A stretch of 64,000 nt of DNA from the human T2T-CHM13v2.0 reference genome, Homo sapiens. The translations under genes and the position numbers were made by a program. The first letter of the stretch is position 1, and each line of letters opens with the position of its first letter. Location: the NCBI RefSeq assembly GCF_009914755.1, contig NC_060948.1; one strand, 5' to 3'. The notes under the pieces are model-generated. The model had not been told where the DNA came from and did no database searches. It saw nothing but the letters and a program-made list of their open reading frames with translations. Shown one piece after another: positions 39,225 through 57,571 of the stretch.

Positions 39225-39870
39225 GGTATTATGGACTGAAAGACATAATTTCAAAACTTATATGGGGAGACCCTGACTCTCATGTGGCTGTATTTGGAGA
39301 TAGAGCCTATCAACAAGTAATAAAGATGCAACGAGGTCATAATAGTTGGGCCTTCATCCTATAGGACTGGTGTCCTCATAACAAGATGAAGAAACACCAG
39401 TTATATCTCTTTCTCTCTTTCTTTCTCTCCCTCTCTCTTTCTCTCTTTTATTGTGGTAAAAACCCTTAATATGAAATTTATCTGCTTAAATATTTAAGTA
39501 TACAACACAGCTTTTTTAACTATAGGCATGATATGCACGATAAATCAGAGATTGTAAGTCCTACATAACTAAAACTTTATACCTACTAGACATCTTCATC
39601 CTCATTCTCCCTCCCACCAACCCTGGTCAACAGAGCTCATTATCTCTCTCTCTTCCCATCACCTATCCCCTTCCTTCTTTCTGCTGTGTGAGAATGCAGC
39701 AAGAATGTGGCCATCTGCAAACCAGGAATAGCGTCCTCCCCAGACCCCAGTCTTAATATCATCTTGATCTTGGCCTTCCAGCCTCCAAAACTGTGAGAAA
39801 ATTAATCTCCGTTGTTTAAATCTCACAGGCTGTGGAATATTATTACGACAGACCTACCGGAATAATATGG
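39225..39870 (+). mobile_element. MST/MLT1A LTR with an inserted L1M piece (about 39445-39630)
   Basis: Contains GGACTGGTGTCCTCATAA, GGCCATCTGCAAACCAGGAA and CAGCCTCCAAAACTGTGAGAA. Confidence 0.7.
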
Positions 39871-39932
39871 TGAGGATTCGTCCCCAAACAGGAATGCCTG
39901 AAGTTGAGACTCTCTGACTCAATAGAGCTGGA

Positions 39933-40318
39933 TGTGTCCATTTTCACATTGCTATAAAGACATAACTGAAACTGAGTAATGTATAGAAAAAAGACATCTA
40001 ATTGGCTCACAATTCTGCTGTCTGTACAGAAGACATGGCTGGGGAGACCTCAGGGAACTTACAAACATGGCAGAACGTGAAGTGGGAAGCAGGCACAATC
40101 TTCACATGCCCAGAAGGAGACAGAGAGAGTGTGAAGGGAGAAGTGCTACATAGTTTTAAACAGCCATATCTCTTGAGAACTCACTTATTATTAGGAGGAC
40201 AGCAGAAAGAAAATCCGGCCCCAAGATTCAATCACCTCCTACCAGACAGATCCCTCTCCCAACACAGGGAATTACAATGTAACATGAGATTTGAGTGGGG
40301 ACACAGAGCCAAACCATA
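39933..40318 (-). mobile_element. MSTA-like LTR
   Basis: Runs from CATTGCTATAAAGA to TGAGATTTGAGTGGGGACACAGAGCCAAACCATA. Confidence 0.85.
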
Positions 40319-40649
40319 TGAAGAGCTATATCGGGATCAAACCTCTTTCTCATTTTCTCTGGATGACAAAAATGTTAGCTGCAGCTCACTGAATTCATAT
40401 GCTTTAACTGTAGAGATTGTCCCCAAATCTTATTTCAAAGACAGCACAGATAAGCTTTTTAAGACCAACCTGTTTCCAAAGGTAAGGGAAGATTGAACTA
40501 CATAATATTTGCAAAGCAGTTAACTTATTTATTATACACTATAAACAACGACTCGAAAAAAACATACAGGAACGTGTTGGAAATTATCTCAATGGCTCCT
40601 CTCCTCTTCCAGATGTTGTTTTAAAAAATGGCTATTTCCTGTTTCTTAG

Positions 40650-41620
40650 AAAATTAGAAATAAGTATATCATGTGACCAAGCAATTCCACTTGTAAGTAT
40701 TTCTCTAAATGAAATGAAATAAAATTATCAAAGAGACAACTGCACCCCCATGTTTACCACAGTATCATTCACTATAGCCTGGGCATGGAAACCACCTAAG
40801 TGTCAGTGCATGGATGAATAGGTAAAGAAAATGTCATGTATATATATAATGGAATACTATTCAGGTTTAAGAAAAAAAGGCAATCAATCATTGGCAACAA
40901 CACAGATGAACCCACAGGAAATTATACTAAGCACAATCAGCCAGGCACAGAAAGACAAATAATGCCGTGTCTCACTTATATGTGCAGTCTAAACTCAGCA
41001 AATTCATAGAAGCAGAGGATGAATGGTGGTTGCCAGGTGCTTTGAGGAGGACTGGGATGTCGTTCTGTAGGTATAAAGCTTCAGTTACACAAGATGAATA
41101 AGCTCTGATCTGCTGTATAAAACACTGTGCCTACAGTTAATAATACTGTCTTCTCAACTACTCAGCCATAAAAAGGAACAAAATAATAGCATTCGCAGCA
41201 AACTGGATGGAGTTGGAGACCATTATTCTAAGTGAAGTAACTCAGGAATGGAAAACCAAATATCATATGTTCTCACTGATAAGTGGAAGCTAAATTATGA
41301 GGATGCAAAAGCTATGAGGATGTAAAGGCATAAGAATGACATAATGGTCACTCAGAACTTGGGGGGAATGCGTGGGACAGGGATGAGGGACAAAAGACAA
41401 CATATTGGGTACAGTGTGCACTACCAGGGTGAGGGTAAACCAAAATCTCAGAAATCACCACTAAAGAATTTATCCATGTAACCAAACACCACCGGTTTCC
41501 CAAAAATTAACCAAATATTTATTTTAAGTGTGAGATAATTCAAAAGTAATAATACTGTTTTTTCTACTTAAAAATTTGAGAGGATAAATTTCATGTTAAG
41601 TATTCTTATCACAATTTTTT
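40650..41620 (+). mobile_element. L1MA 3' end with a nested L1PB 3' end (about 41157-41520)
   Basis: Contains GCAATTCCACTT...GGAATACTATTCAG and CTCAGAAATCACCACTAAAGAA. Confidence 0.8.
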
Positions 41621-42437
41621 AATGGATCTGTTTTCTGGTTCCATCCAAATCTTCTAATCTGCCACTATCTGACTCTCTGTCACCTAAGAATTTCCTTCAA
41701 TGGCCTCCAATAAGACGTCCCCCATCTTGCTTAGCTGTAGGACACCTGAGCCTTATTTCAGGTCACACAAGCTAATGCCAGCAAATCCACCACTCTGTCA
41801 AACCATAGGTACACAGCCTTTCTTAAACCCAATCCACCAGCTTCTCTTGTCATTCCAATCTAACTCCATGCCATACTCAAGTTTGAGGAGATTGATTCTT
41901 TAGTTCTCCAATTCACTTTAGAAAAATAAATAAATAAAACACTCACTTCAGGATATCGTCCTTTCTCTCCCAAGAGGTAAAATCTCAGAGCAGGTGCCCT
42001 GGGAACCTGCTGGGAAGGTTCTATCCTTGGACTAGTGTTGGAGCGCAAGTTCCCAGTGAAAACCTTTAGAATAAAATTGGACCGCAGATATCAGGTATGG
42101 GTATAGGAGTGCAGCCAGGTGAGGGGGCTAGAAAGAACAGACCAAGGTGGGAAGCAGAATTTGTAAATTCTCTCGGCTACAGGAGTCCTGAGTCAGACCG
42201 TTTGTATGGTATGCAGTTGTAAACATACAAGTCTCAGTCCAGAGTCCTCCTGACCTGACCGTTGGGTCATTTTACCAGAACTTGAAGGTACCTCCATAGA
42301 CAGCCATCAAAGATTGCATCAGGTAAACAATGACCCAGAACAATCTCCCCATGGTGAAGCAGTGACTTCCGGATCATGTCAGACAACTCTCAGCCAGCAA
42401 GACCTCCCTACTTTTCTTCCTCCTACTCTTCCTCCTT

Positions 42438-42474
<37 letters not shown>

Positions 42475-42664
42475 AATATATAAAACCTCATGCCCTGCAG
42501 AGAAGACTCTAACCTACAACAGCCTGTGAAACTCAGATGAGTCCAGGAGTACACTTTATATTGTTGATTTATATTTTTGCTACCTTAGAGCCTTGAATTC
42601 ATCAAGTAACCGAACATGAAATCTGTGTAGATAATGCAAAAGGGTTCTCAGTATGTGACTATCA

Positions 42665-42847
42665 TTCCTTGCTTCTCTTCCTTTCTTCTTTAGCTCCTCC
42701 TTCTTCCCTCCTCCTCTTATTCCCCCTACCTCCATGTTTTCATTCTTTTTCTCCTTCTCTTCCTCCTCCTTCTGCTTGGGTTTTTTTCTTTTCTTTCTCC
42801 TCCTTCTCCTTCTCTTTCTAATTTTTTATTCCTTTTCTCCTCCTCTT
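42665..42847. repeat. CT-rich low-complexity tract
   Basis: Read directly from the sequence. Confidence 0.9.
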
Positions 42848-43330
42848 TGTGTCTGGAGTTCATTCCTTCTGGTGGGTTTGTGGTCTTGTTGACTTCAAGA
42901 ATGGAGTAGCAGAACTTCATGGTGAGTGTAACAGCTCTTAAAGATAACATAGAACCAAAGGGTGAGCAGCAGCAAGTTTTATTCTGAAGAGCAAAAGAAC
43001 AAAGTTTCCATAGCAAGGAAGGGGGCCTGAGTGGGTTGCCGCTGCTGAGTGGGGTAGCCAGCCTTTATTCCCTTATTTGTCCCCAACCATGTCCTGCTGA
43101 TTGGTCCATTTAACAGGCTGCTCATTGGTCTATTTTATAAACCTCTAGCTAGCTACAGAGCACTGATTGGTGCATTTTACAAATCTCTAGCTAGCTACAG
43201 AGCACTGATTGGTGGATTTTGCATTCCTAGCTACAGGGTGATAATTAGTGCATTTTGCAAACCTCTTGTAAGACAGAAAATTTCTCCAAGTCACCACCCA
43301 ACCCAGAAGTCCAGCTGACTTCACCTCTCA
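42848..43330 (-). mobile_element. 3' LTR (LTR12F-like)
   Basis: Minus strand starts TGAGAGGTGAAGTCAGCTGGACTTCTGGG with repeated CCAATCAG units; PPT AGAGGGGGTAT is adjacent. Confidence 0.85.
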
Positions 43331-43399
43331 ATACCCCCTCTAAACAGGACACACCAAATGCTGTTGGGAATTGGGTGATGATGGCTCTATCTACTTCCT

Positions 43400-45100
43400 G
43401 TTGGATAGGGGTGAAGAAGGGGTCCTGGAGTTTTAGTGTCCTTCAGAGGGGAACTCTTTAGGCCAGTCAAAGGGCCAGTGGCTCTGTCCAGGGGTCCTCA
43501 ATAGAAGTTGTTAGTTGAGTTCATTTGAGGTTCCATTTGTAAGAGCATCTGTAGCTTGATGGCCTTCATCTTACAGGAAACAAATTTGACAAGGAGGTTA
43601 GAAATACAGGTCCCAAAGGCGAGTAATATTAAGATGGCTGTCAGGGGGTCTAGAAAGGGGAGAAGCCATATCACTCAACTCTAGACATTGTCTGATTTCG
43701 AAGACTTTTCCAGTAAATGCCGAGCAGTGTTTCATACTATCCCTGACTACTTAGTGTAAAACAACAACAACAACAGCAACAAAAACAAAAACAAAAACAA
43801 AAACAAAAAAACTCTTCTCCTAAGCAGGTGTAAAGTCCTCCTTTCTCATCTTTCTCATCAGTGGAGATGTCTAGAACCCAGCGGTTTGGGAGAGTCACTG
43901 CTAGCAAAGATTCTGTTTGGGAATGTAGAGTAAGGATAGATTTTGTTATTTCTTGCAAACTGTCTGGGAAATCCTTTGAGAGAGTGTGGTAGTAGCATAA
44001 TGAAGTAGACAAACTGGCTGTTCTGGTTCCTGTAGTCATAGCCATTCCTAACCCTATAAGTAAGGGTACTAGTTGTATGGCTCTGCCCTGACAGACTTTA
44101 GCTTTGAGGGACACTGATAGGGTCTGATTTTCTGGGGCAATGTTAATGTCGGGACTTAGGAAGACTAAGGTGCAGGTGCCTGTCCAGTTGGTGGGGAGGC
44201 AGATAAATGTTGAAGTTCCACATAAGAAGAATGTGTTCTATTTCCCCATTGGAAAAACAAACAAACAAACAAACAAACAAACATTTTGTATCTACTAGGA
44301 ACAATTTGAGAGAGTGATTGAAAGAGGGGAGAAGAAGGCATCCATTAGTGGTGAGGATGGTGCTGCAGGGAGTCCAGAGGTGAATGGTCATGCAGGGAGT
44401 ATGGTTGCCATTACAAAACCTAAACTGTTTGCTAAGCAGGGAAGAGGTGATAATTTTTGGAGGCTGTGTTGACAAGCCGTCTGAATGGAGCTGTTTGTGT
44501 GACTCGGAAGTTACTATGATCAGTTGGGGCTTGAAGTTGTGGGGTGTAATTACACTGATGGGGAGGTAGGTACCCCAGGGGCAGGCCTGATAACAGGTTG
44601 TGTTGGATGCGTAAAGGGTCTTGGGAAGTTAAGATGGTTTTCGCAGTTACAGTGCCATGTATTGGCTTTTCATTGCTTATGTATTGGGTGAGATTGGAAA
44701 TGTAAGAACATAAAAGTTGGATTGTGCGTCATATTAGGGTATTCTTGGTCCTATCAGAGATGGTGAAGTTGGGTAATGGTTACATATTTAGAAGTGAGAA
44801 ACGATCTCTTCCTTCATAATGAGGTTGGTAGATTAAGTTAGTAGAGACCTAATTTTTTTGCGGGAATGAGAGTTGCAACGCAAGCAGTGGTAGGTAGAGA
44901 GATACATAGCCAACAGTGGTTTGCCAGAGAAGGATTGGACTGGTTTAACAGAGTTTGGGTTAAGTTGAGAGTCTTGTAGAGTTAATTAGAAGCTAGTGGA
45001 AGGGGAGGGGTGACTGTGTGGGGTATCCCAGGAAGCAGGAATGATAGATAGGCATAGAGTAATTAGGAAGGTTAAGAGGGTGCTTTGAAGATGAGATCAT
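43400..45100 (-). pseudogene. HERV9-like env remnant
   Basis: Fusion peptide RAIQLVPLLIGLG and a degenerate immunosuppressive domain LPNRWVLDIST...KGGL; contains frameshifts. Confidence 0.85.
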
Positions 45101-45329
45101 TTTATCCAGTCTGAGTTAAAAGTAGGAGTAAATTGCTGTCAGAAGGAAGGATGATAGAAAGGAGGTTGATGTGGTTAGGATATTTATCCCTGCAGGAGCT
45201 ACAGTATATAGCCCTATTGCAAAGAGTATGGTTAGTATGCTGCTTAATGTGATGAAACAGTAAAAGAATTCCATTAAAAGGGCAAGGAGAGGTGTTAAAA
45301 ATTATGTAGATTTTCACTTACCTTTTTAA

Positions 45330-48090
45330 GTAGGAAGGGATTTTTCCTCAGGATCAGCTGTAAGAGTCTTCTTAGTCTGGGATGTTTCCTTCCAGAAAAG
45401 AAGATGTAAGTCCTCCAATGGCTCACAGGTGTATCTAGCCTACTCTTGCTGATCCTTGGATTCCTGAGCTGTTTGTCCAGCAGGTTCCTTAGCAGGTGTC
45501 CAAAGTTTAAGTGGGGTGTGGTGAATCCAAGACTTCACTCCTGCCACCTTAACTGCAGTGGGGGTAGAGAGGATTACTGAGTATTGTTCTCTCCACAAAA
45601 AATCATAGATGGGGAGTTAGAGGGGAGGAATTTGACAAACACTAGATTTCCCAGTTAAAACAGCTCTGTTCCCTTTTCTCTGTAACATCCTTCATGTATG
45701 TTTTTAAGGTTTCATTGATATTTTGCCAAATAAGTTATATCCTTCATCAAGTTGGCCATTTCCTGATAAAGTAGGAGGTCATTTGTGAGAAAAGGTTATC
45801 CATACAGCATTTCATAGGAACTGAGCCCCATTTTGTGAGGAGAATTTCAGATTCTCAACAAGGCCATGGGCAAGAGAGTAGGCCATGGGAGATGAGTTTC
45901 TTGTGTTAGTTTCCTTAAGTGCCTCTTGAGTGTTTCATTTACCTTCTCCACCTTCCCTGAGGATTGTGGTCTCCAGGTGCAGTGAAGGTGATGCAGATAT
46001 CACCAGCGCCCTGGAAATTCCCTGAGTTATCATGGCTTTAAAAGCCAGACAACTGACACTTTGAAAGCTTTAGGGAATCCCAAATCTAGGAATTATTTCA
46101 TGAATTAAAAGTTTAACCACTTCCATACCAACAAGTATTTAAATTCCTTTGATTTAGGCATATAGGTGAAGCCTAACAGCCAGTCCTCTCTGGGATAGTG
46201 AGCTATTCTTTGTTCTCCCAGGAGGGCCTTAGAATGGACCAAGGGATTATTCCTTTGGCACTTCTCACAGACTTTGACTACTTGTTGTTTGGTCTGGAGG
46301 AAATTTGCCCTGTAAATAGGGATTTGTTCATTTGATGAATGTTCTCAATACCCATATGAAAAGTTTTGTGTAGGGTTTTAAGTATTTTCCACTGGTTGGT
46401 TTTGGGTATGAGTACCCTTCCCTCTTCTGTTGCTAACCACCCTGAGGGGAGAAAACTGTGCCCCCATGAAAGTCCTCATTCTGTTTCTGTCAGGGAATAC
46501 TGGGGATTAATCTCAAGGAGAGGTTTTTCCCATAACAAGGGTCCTTCTATAGGTATTTCTAGTGGGAGATTCTGCCTGGCAGAAAATTTGGCCTCAGCAG
46601 CTGCCCAAAGATTTTCTTCTACCTTTTCTCCTTCACCTTTTTGATGGTTTGGGCAGAGTAAGACTGCAACCTCCTTGGGTTTTTGAACTTGGTGCAATAA
46701 CTCCATGATTTCTTTGTGGTATTTAATTGGGTTTCCCCTAGAGGTTAGGAACTCCCTTTCTTTCCATATTGCAGTGTGGGCATGTAGGATTAGATAAGCA
46801 TACTTGCAATATGTATACACATTTATTCTTTTTCCCTTTTCCAATTTGAAGTCTCTAGTAAGTGTTACTACTTCTGCTAACTGAGCTGTGGTTCCTGGGG
46901 TAATAGACTTACCTTCAAGTAGTGTTACATCATTAACTATGGCATAACCTGCCCTTCATATCCCATTCTCCATAAATGAACTTCCATCAGTATATAGGTT
47001 AAGGTCAAGATTAGCTAAGGGGAATCCTAAGGTATCCTCTTAGACAGCATAAATCTGGACTATAATTTGTTTGCAGTCATGCTCAATTGGTTCTCCATCT
47101 TCTGGGAGAAAAATCGCAGGATTGAGTGTCACAATCATGTGTATTTGAAGCAACAGTCCCTTGAAGAATGATGCCTGGTATCTATGCAGGCAGTAGTCTG
47201 ATAGCCATAAACTTCCTTTGGCACCTAGTATGCAATTTACATCATGAGTAATCCAAACGGTAAGATCCTTTTCTTCTATTATTTTGACAGCCTCTGATAC
47301 TAAGATGGCCATTGCTGGACCCTCCCATAAACAGAGTTGGCAAAAGCTGGTGATTTCAAGGAACCCCCACAACTGGTTTAATGTCTTATGGAGAGGATAA
47401 GCCAGTATAGGCTGTATTCATTCCTTTCAGGGGCCCTAGTTTCTCCGGGTAAGATTAGGCCTAGATATTTGACTTGTTGTAGGCAGAGCTTGTCCTTCAA
47501 TTTAGACACCTTGTAGCTTTGATTAGATAGAAAGTTCAAGATATCTACAGTAGCCTGCTGGCATGAGGCTTCCAAACTGGGAGCCAAAAGTAAGTCTTCC
47601 ACATAATGAAGGACTAGAGTGCCTGGATTTCAGAAGTGGCCTATATCATGGGCCAGTGTCTGACCAAACAGATGAGAGCTATCTCTAAACCCTTGGGGCA
47701 AGACCATCCACGTAATTTGGGACGTGTTTTGTGGCATCCTCAAAGAAAAAGAGAAACTGGGGGTGAGAGTGTGGGGGAATACAGAAGAAGGCATCCTTGA
47801 TGTCCAGAACAGTGAACCATTCTTCTTCCTCTTGTATTTGAGAGAGAAGTGTATAGGGTTGGGTGCAGCTAGATATAGAGCTAGCAAGATATAGAGGAAT
47901 TACTGTCTCATTGATGAGTCTAAGATCTTGCACTACTCCCCACTGATGTTTGGTTTTTGTATTCCTAGAATTGGGGTGTTGCAGGTACTGCTGCTTTTTC
48001 TTACTAAGATTTGAGTTTTTAAATGTCTAACAATATCCCGTAATCCTTTATGAGCTTCAGGCCTTAAGGGATTTTGCTTTTGATTAGGAA
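45330..48090 (-). pseudogene. HERV9-like pol remnant
   Basis: Motifs QDLRLIN, WFTVLDIKDAFF, LPQGF, YVED (mutated YVDD), RNase H YAYLILHAH and an integrase remnant. Confidence 0.9.
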
Positions 48091-48239
48091 AAGTGGCACT
48101 GTCTCTTAGCCTGATTTTGCCTGGGTGGGTATTTTTTGCCCTTCCAAATTGTTCTTCCTATGCCCAGACTTCAGGTTTGGTTCCCTCCTCAAGTAGGGGA
48201 CAAAAAATTAGTAACTTGTTCCCCATATTCACACAGATA

Positions 48240-50055
48240 ATAGCTCCAGCTTTGACTAAAATGTCCCTCCCTAATAAGGTTGTGTGGCTTTCTGGGATAA
48301 CAAGAAAGGCATATGAAAGGACGAATGTCTCTCAGTTACAACTGAAGAGGTGGGAGAAATACCTGGTTACAGGCTGTTCCAGGATTCCTCAGATGATAGT
48401 GGAATTTGAGGACATGTTTCTGGGTCAGAAGATTATCACTGAGAAGGCAGCACCAGTGTCCAAGAGGAAGTCAATTTCCTGGTCTTCAATAGTTAAATAT
48501 ACCTGGGGCTCAGTGAGGGTGATGGCAGGAGATGGCATTCACCCCAGGCACCTTCAGTCCTATTGTTGGATCATCTTGTTGGGGGTTTCTGGCCCAGAGA
48601 ACCTTTGCCATCTGGGGCAGTGCACCTTCCAGTGATTGCCTCAGCATAGTGGACATGGGCTAGGGGGCGGCTTGTTTCTTGATGGACAATCTTTTTAAAA
48701 GTCTCCTTGCAAACCACACTGATAACAAGAGCCACCAGGTGATTGGCCCGCTCCATTTTCTACCCTGTCTGAACTACCAAGGCTTGTTTGTCTGAGGGCC
48801 ATGACTAAGACTGAGGCCTATCTCTGATTTCATGTTTCTTTTTGGCCTGTTCCTCTTGGTCCCTATTATAGAACACTGAGCTTGCCAGGTTTAATAATGC
48901 CTCCAGATTTGTTCAGGCCCCAGGGCTGGTTTTTGGAGCTTTCTCCTGATGTCTGTTACTGATTGGGTAATAAACTTATCTTTTAGGATCATTTGACCCT
49001 GAAGTGAGTTGGGTGACAGAGTAGTATACTTTCTTAAGGCCTCCTGTATTTGCTTGAGGAAGGTGGAAGGATTTTCTTCCTCTGTTTGAGTTATGGTGGA
49101 TATCATTGAATAACTCATGGGCTTTTCCCTAATACTCTTTAGTCTTATATTTTCTTTTGTTCTATAAGAATTAGCCCTAATTCTCTTGAGTTCTATAAGA
49201 AAACAGGTTAAGAAATGTTTGTGACTCCAGTCCCCATGATCTGAGCTGAGTTCACAGTGGGATCCATACTGGGGACAGCTTGCTGACAGGTAGGGAATTT
49301 TTGCCTTCCTTCAGCTGTCATTTCATCATTTACTTGATTAAAATACCAGGTATCTCCAAACTCGGGCTACAGCTAAAGCCACATTTGTTTCATTAAATGA
49401 TAGGGTTTGATCTCACAATAGCCTGACATCTCTACAAGTTAGGTAGAACTTTAGACCCTGTAGAAAATCAATATACCTATCAGGATTATCTAAACACTTC
49501 CCCAGGTCTACCTTGATCTGCTTTAAATCAGAGAGGAAGAAGGGGATATATACCCTGATTGGGCCAAATTCCCCTCCCTCTACAGCTTGAAGGGGACATA
49601 ACTGATAATCCAGGGGTTTTTGTGTTCCGTTGGAGATTCCTTTGCTTGTTTTCTTCTGGGTGGGGGAGATTAGAGGAGTCTTATCATTAATAGGAAGTGG
49701 AGCTATAGAAAGTCTAGGACATGGAGGTAAGCTGAGAGGTCCTCCTGTAAGTTGTAAATTGCAAGCTTTGCATAATTGTAGATTATCCTTCAATGAAAAG
49801 AAAACTTGGACATAAAGTATTTAACTCCCTTTGCCTTCCCTCTTACAGAAAAGGTCAAGCTGCAGAAAATTTTGTAATTTATGCTTTTCTCGTATGGCCA
49901 TATTCTCCATCAGAGAGAGATTATTGGGGCCATCACATAGTGCAGAAAAAAAAAGAGCTGCTTCTTTTTCAGGGTTTGGGGGCCAGATTCTTCCCATAGG
50001 CTTAGGATACATTTCAAGGGTGAGCCTGTTGATGCCTGGGTGTTTTCCATCTGAT
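48240..50055 (-). pseudogene. HERV9-like gag-pro remnant
   Basis: MENTQASTGSPLKCILSLW, FFLSDLKQIKVDLGK, ITQTEEENPSTFL and protease FLLDTGA. Confidence 0.9.
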
Positions 50056-51281
50056 AGAAAAAACTGCCAGTGGTTTGGGTTTGTTGTTCTACACCCCCCC
50101 ACACACACACACCCAAGAACCCACAATTGTCTCTGGACCCTACTGATCAGAATAGTTGCACTCACCGATGCAGCAGCAGATCCCCCTCTTGCCCAAGAAC
50201 CCGCAATGGTTCCTGCATCCTGCCGATCGGTATAGTTGTGCTCACCGTAACAGCAGCAGAAACACTAGTTTTCCTCCTAGAACACAAAGAGGACCGAGCA
50301 AGGTCAGATTTAGTGGCTCTTACTGACACATATTCAAAAACCTGCACTTTTGCTTTTTCTCTTAGAACACAAAGAGGACCAAGAAAAATCAGGTTTAGTG
50401 GCCCTTACTGAAGCATTCTTAAAAACCTGTTAGAGTTCTAAGCATTTTCTTCTGTCAGTATTGGGACCTTATCCCGTCCTATAAAGATGTTATGCCTCAA
50501 AAACGGAGTGGATGGCCATACCCTGAAGGAGGGAAGAGATCTCTAGGGTTGGAAGAATGATATCTTTTGTCCTAACTTCTCATCATATGAATAGGAAGGA
50601 AAAAAATTCTGAGGCTACCCATATCCTAGCTTCAGGAATAGACTTTTCAGGCCAGCTAGTCTGAAGAGGGATCCTAAAATTCCAGATAATCCCCCAAACC
50701 CCAGTGGGGCTTTGGGCAAAAATTATGTATTTCTGTTTGTTGAGACTGGGTACCTAAAGAAAGAAACAGAGTCCCGAAATTTGTACTAGAAATTTTTCTT
50801 ACAATAGAAGTTGGAAAATCACCAGAGAGAGAGAGAAATTATTTTAATTAATTAATTAATTAATTAATTTACTTACTTTTATTTTTTATTATACTTTAAG
50901 TTCTAGAGTACATGTTCATAACGTGAAAGTTTGTTACGTATGTATACATGTGCCATGTTGATGTGCTGCACCCATTAACTTGTCATTTACATTAAGTATA
51001 TCTGCTAATGTTATCCCTCTCCCTTCCTCCACCCCACAGCAGGCCCCAGTGTGTGATGTTCCCCTTCCTGTGTCCATGTGTTCTCATTGTTCAATTCCAA
51101 CCTATGAGTGAGAACATGCGGTGTTTGGTTTTTTGTCCTTGTGATAGTTTGCTGAGAATGATGGTTCCTGGCTTCATCCATGTCCCTACAAAGGACATGA
51201 ACTCATCATTTTTTATGACTGCATAGTATTCCATGGTTTATGGTATTTATGTGCCACATTTTCTTTTTCTTTTTCTTTTTT

Positions 51282-51411
51282 AAATAAATAGTTCCTTATT
51301 ACCTAGGTAGATTTCTGTAATCTGAGGTAGATTTCATTAATTTCATGTTATTGTGGGAAGGATCCTTGAATGATGACCTTTTATTATTTATCTTTTTATG
51401 CCTCTGAAGGA
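51282..51411 (-). other. L1 3'-transduced sequence with a second poly-A tail (51266-51281)
   Basis: A non-L1 130-bp segment lies between the inner L1 tail and a second tail, inside the TSD CATTTTCTT. Confidence 0.8.

Positions 51412-57571
<6,160 letters not shown>

Noticed and set aside
41947-42063. Discoidin (F5/8 type C) reading of the 117-nt exon, VFTGNLRSNT...RIEP...ALRFYLLG, starting in phase 0 like the F8 and RS1 terminal C-domain exons
   Set aside because: It needs a deletion of about 13 residues, lacks the terminal Cys, has no supporting WLQVDL or TQG exon nearby, and is out of frame with the upstream signal exon. The ZP-N reading explains more neighbouring segments. It remains an alternative for HMM testing.
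42444-42469. Poly-A tail of a processed pseudogene
   Set aside because: No polyadenylation signal at a suitable distance and no convincing TSD upstream.
50120-50420. Tandem repeats in the proviral leader (GCAGCAG...CTCACC and GAACACAAAGAGGACC units)
   Set aside because: These are an ordinary feature of HERV9-type leaders.
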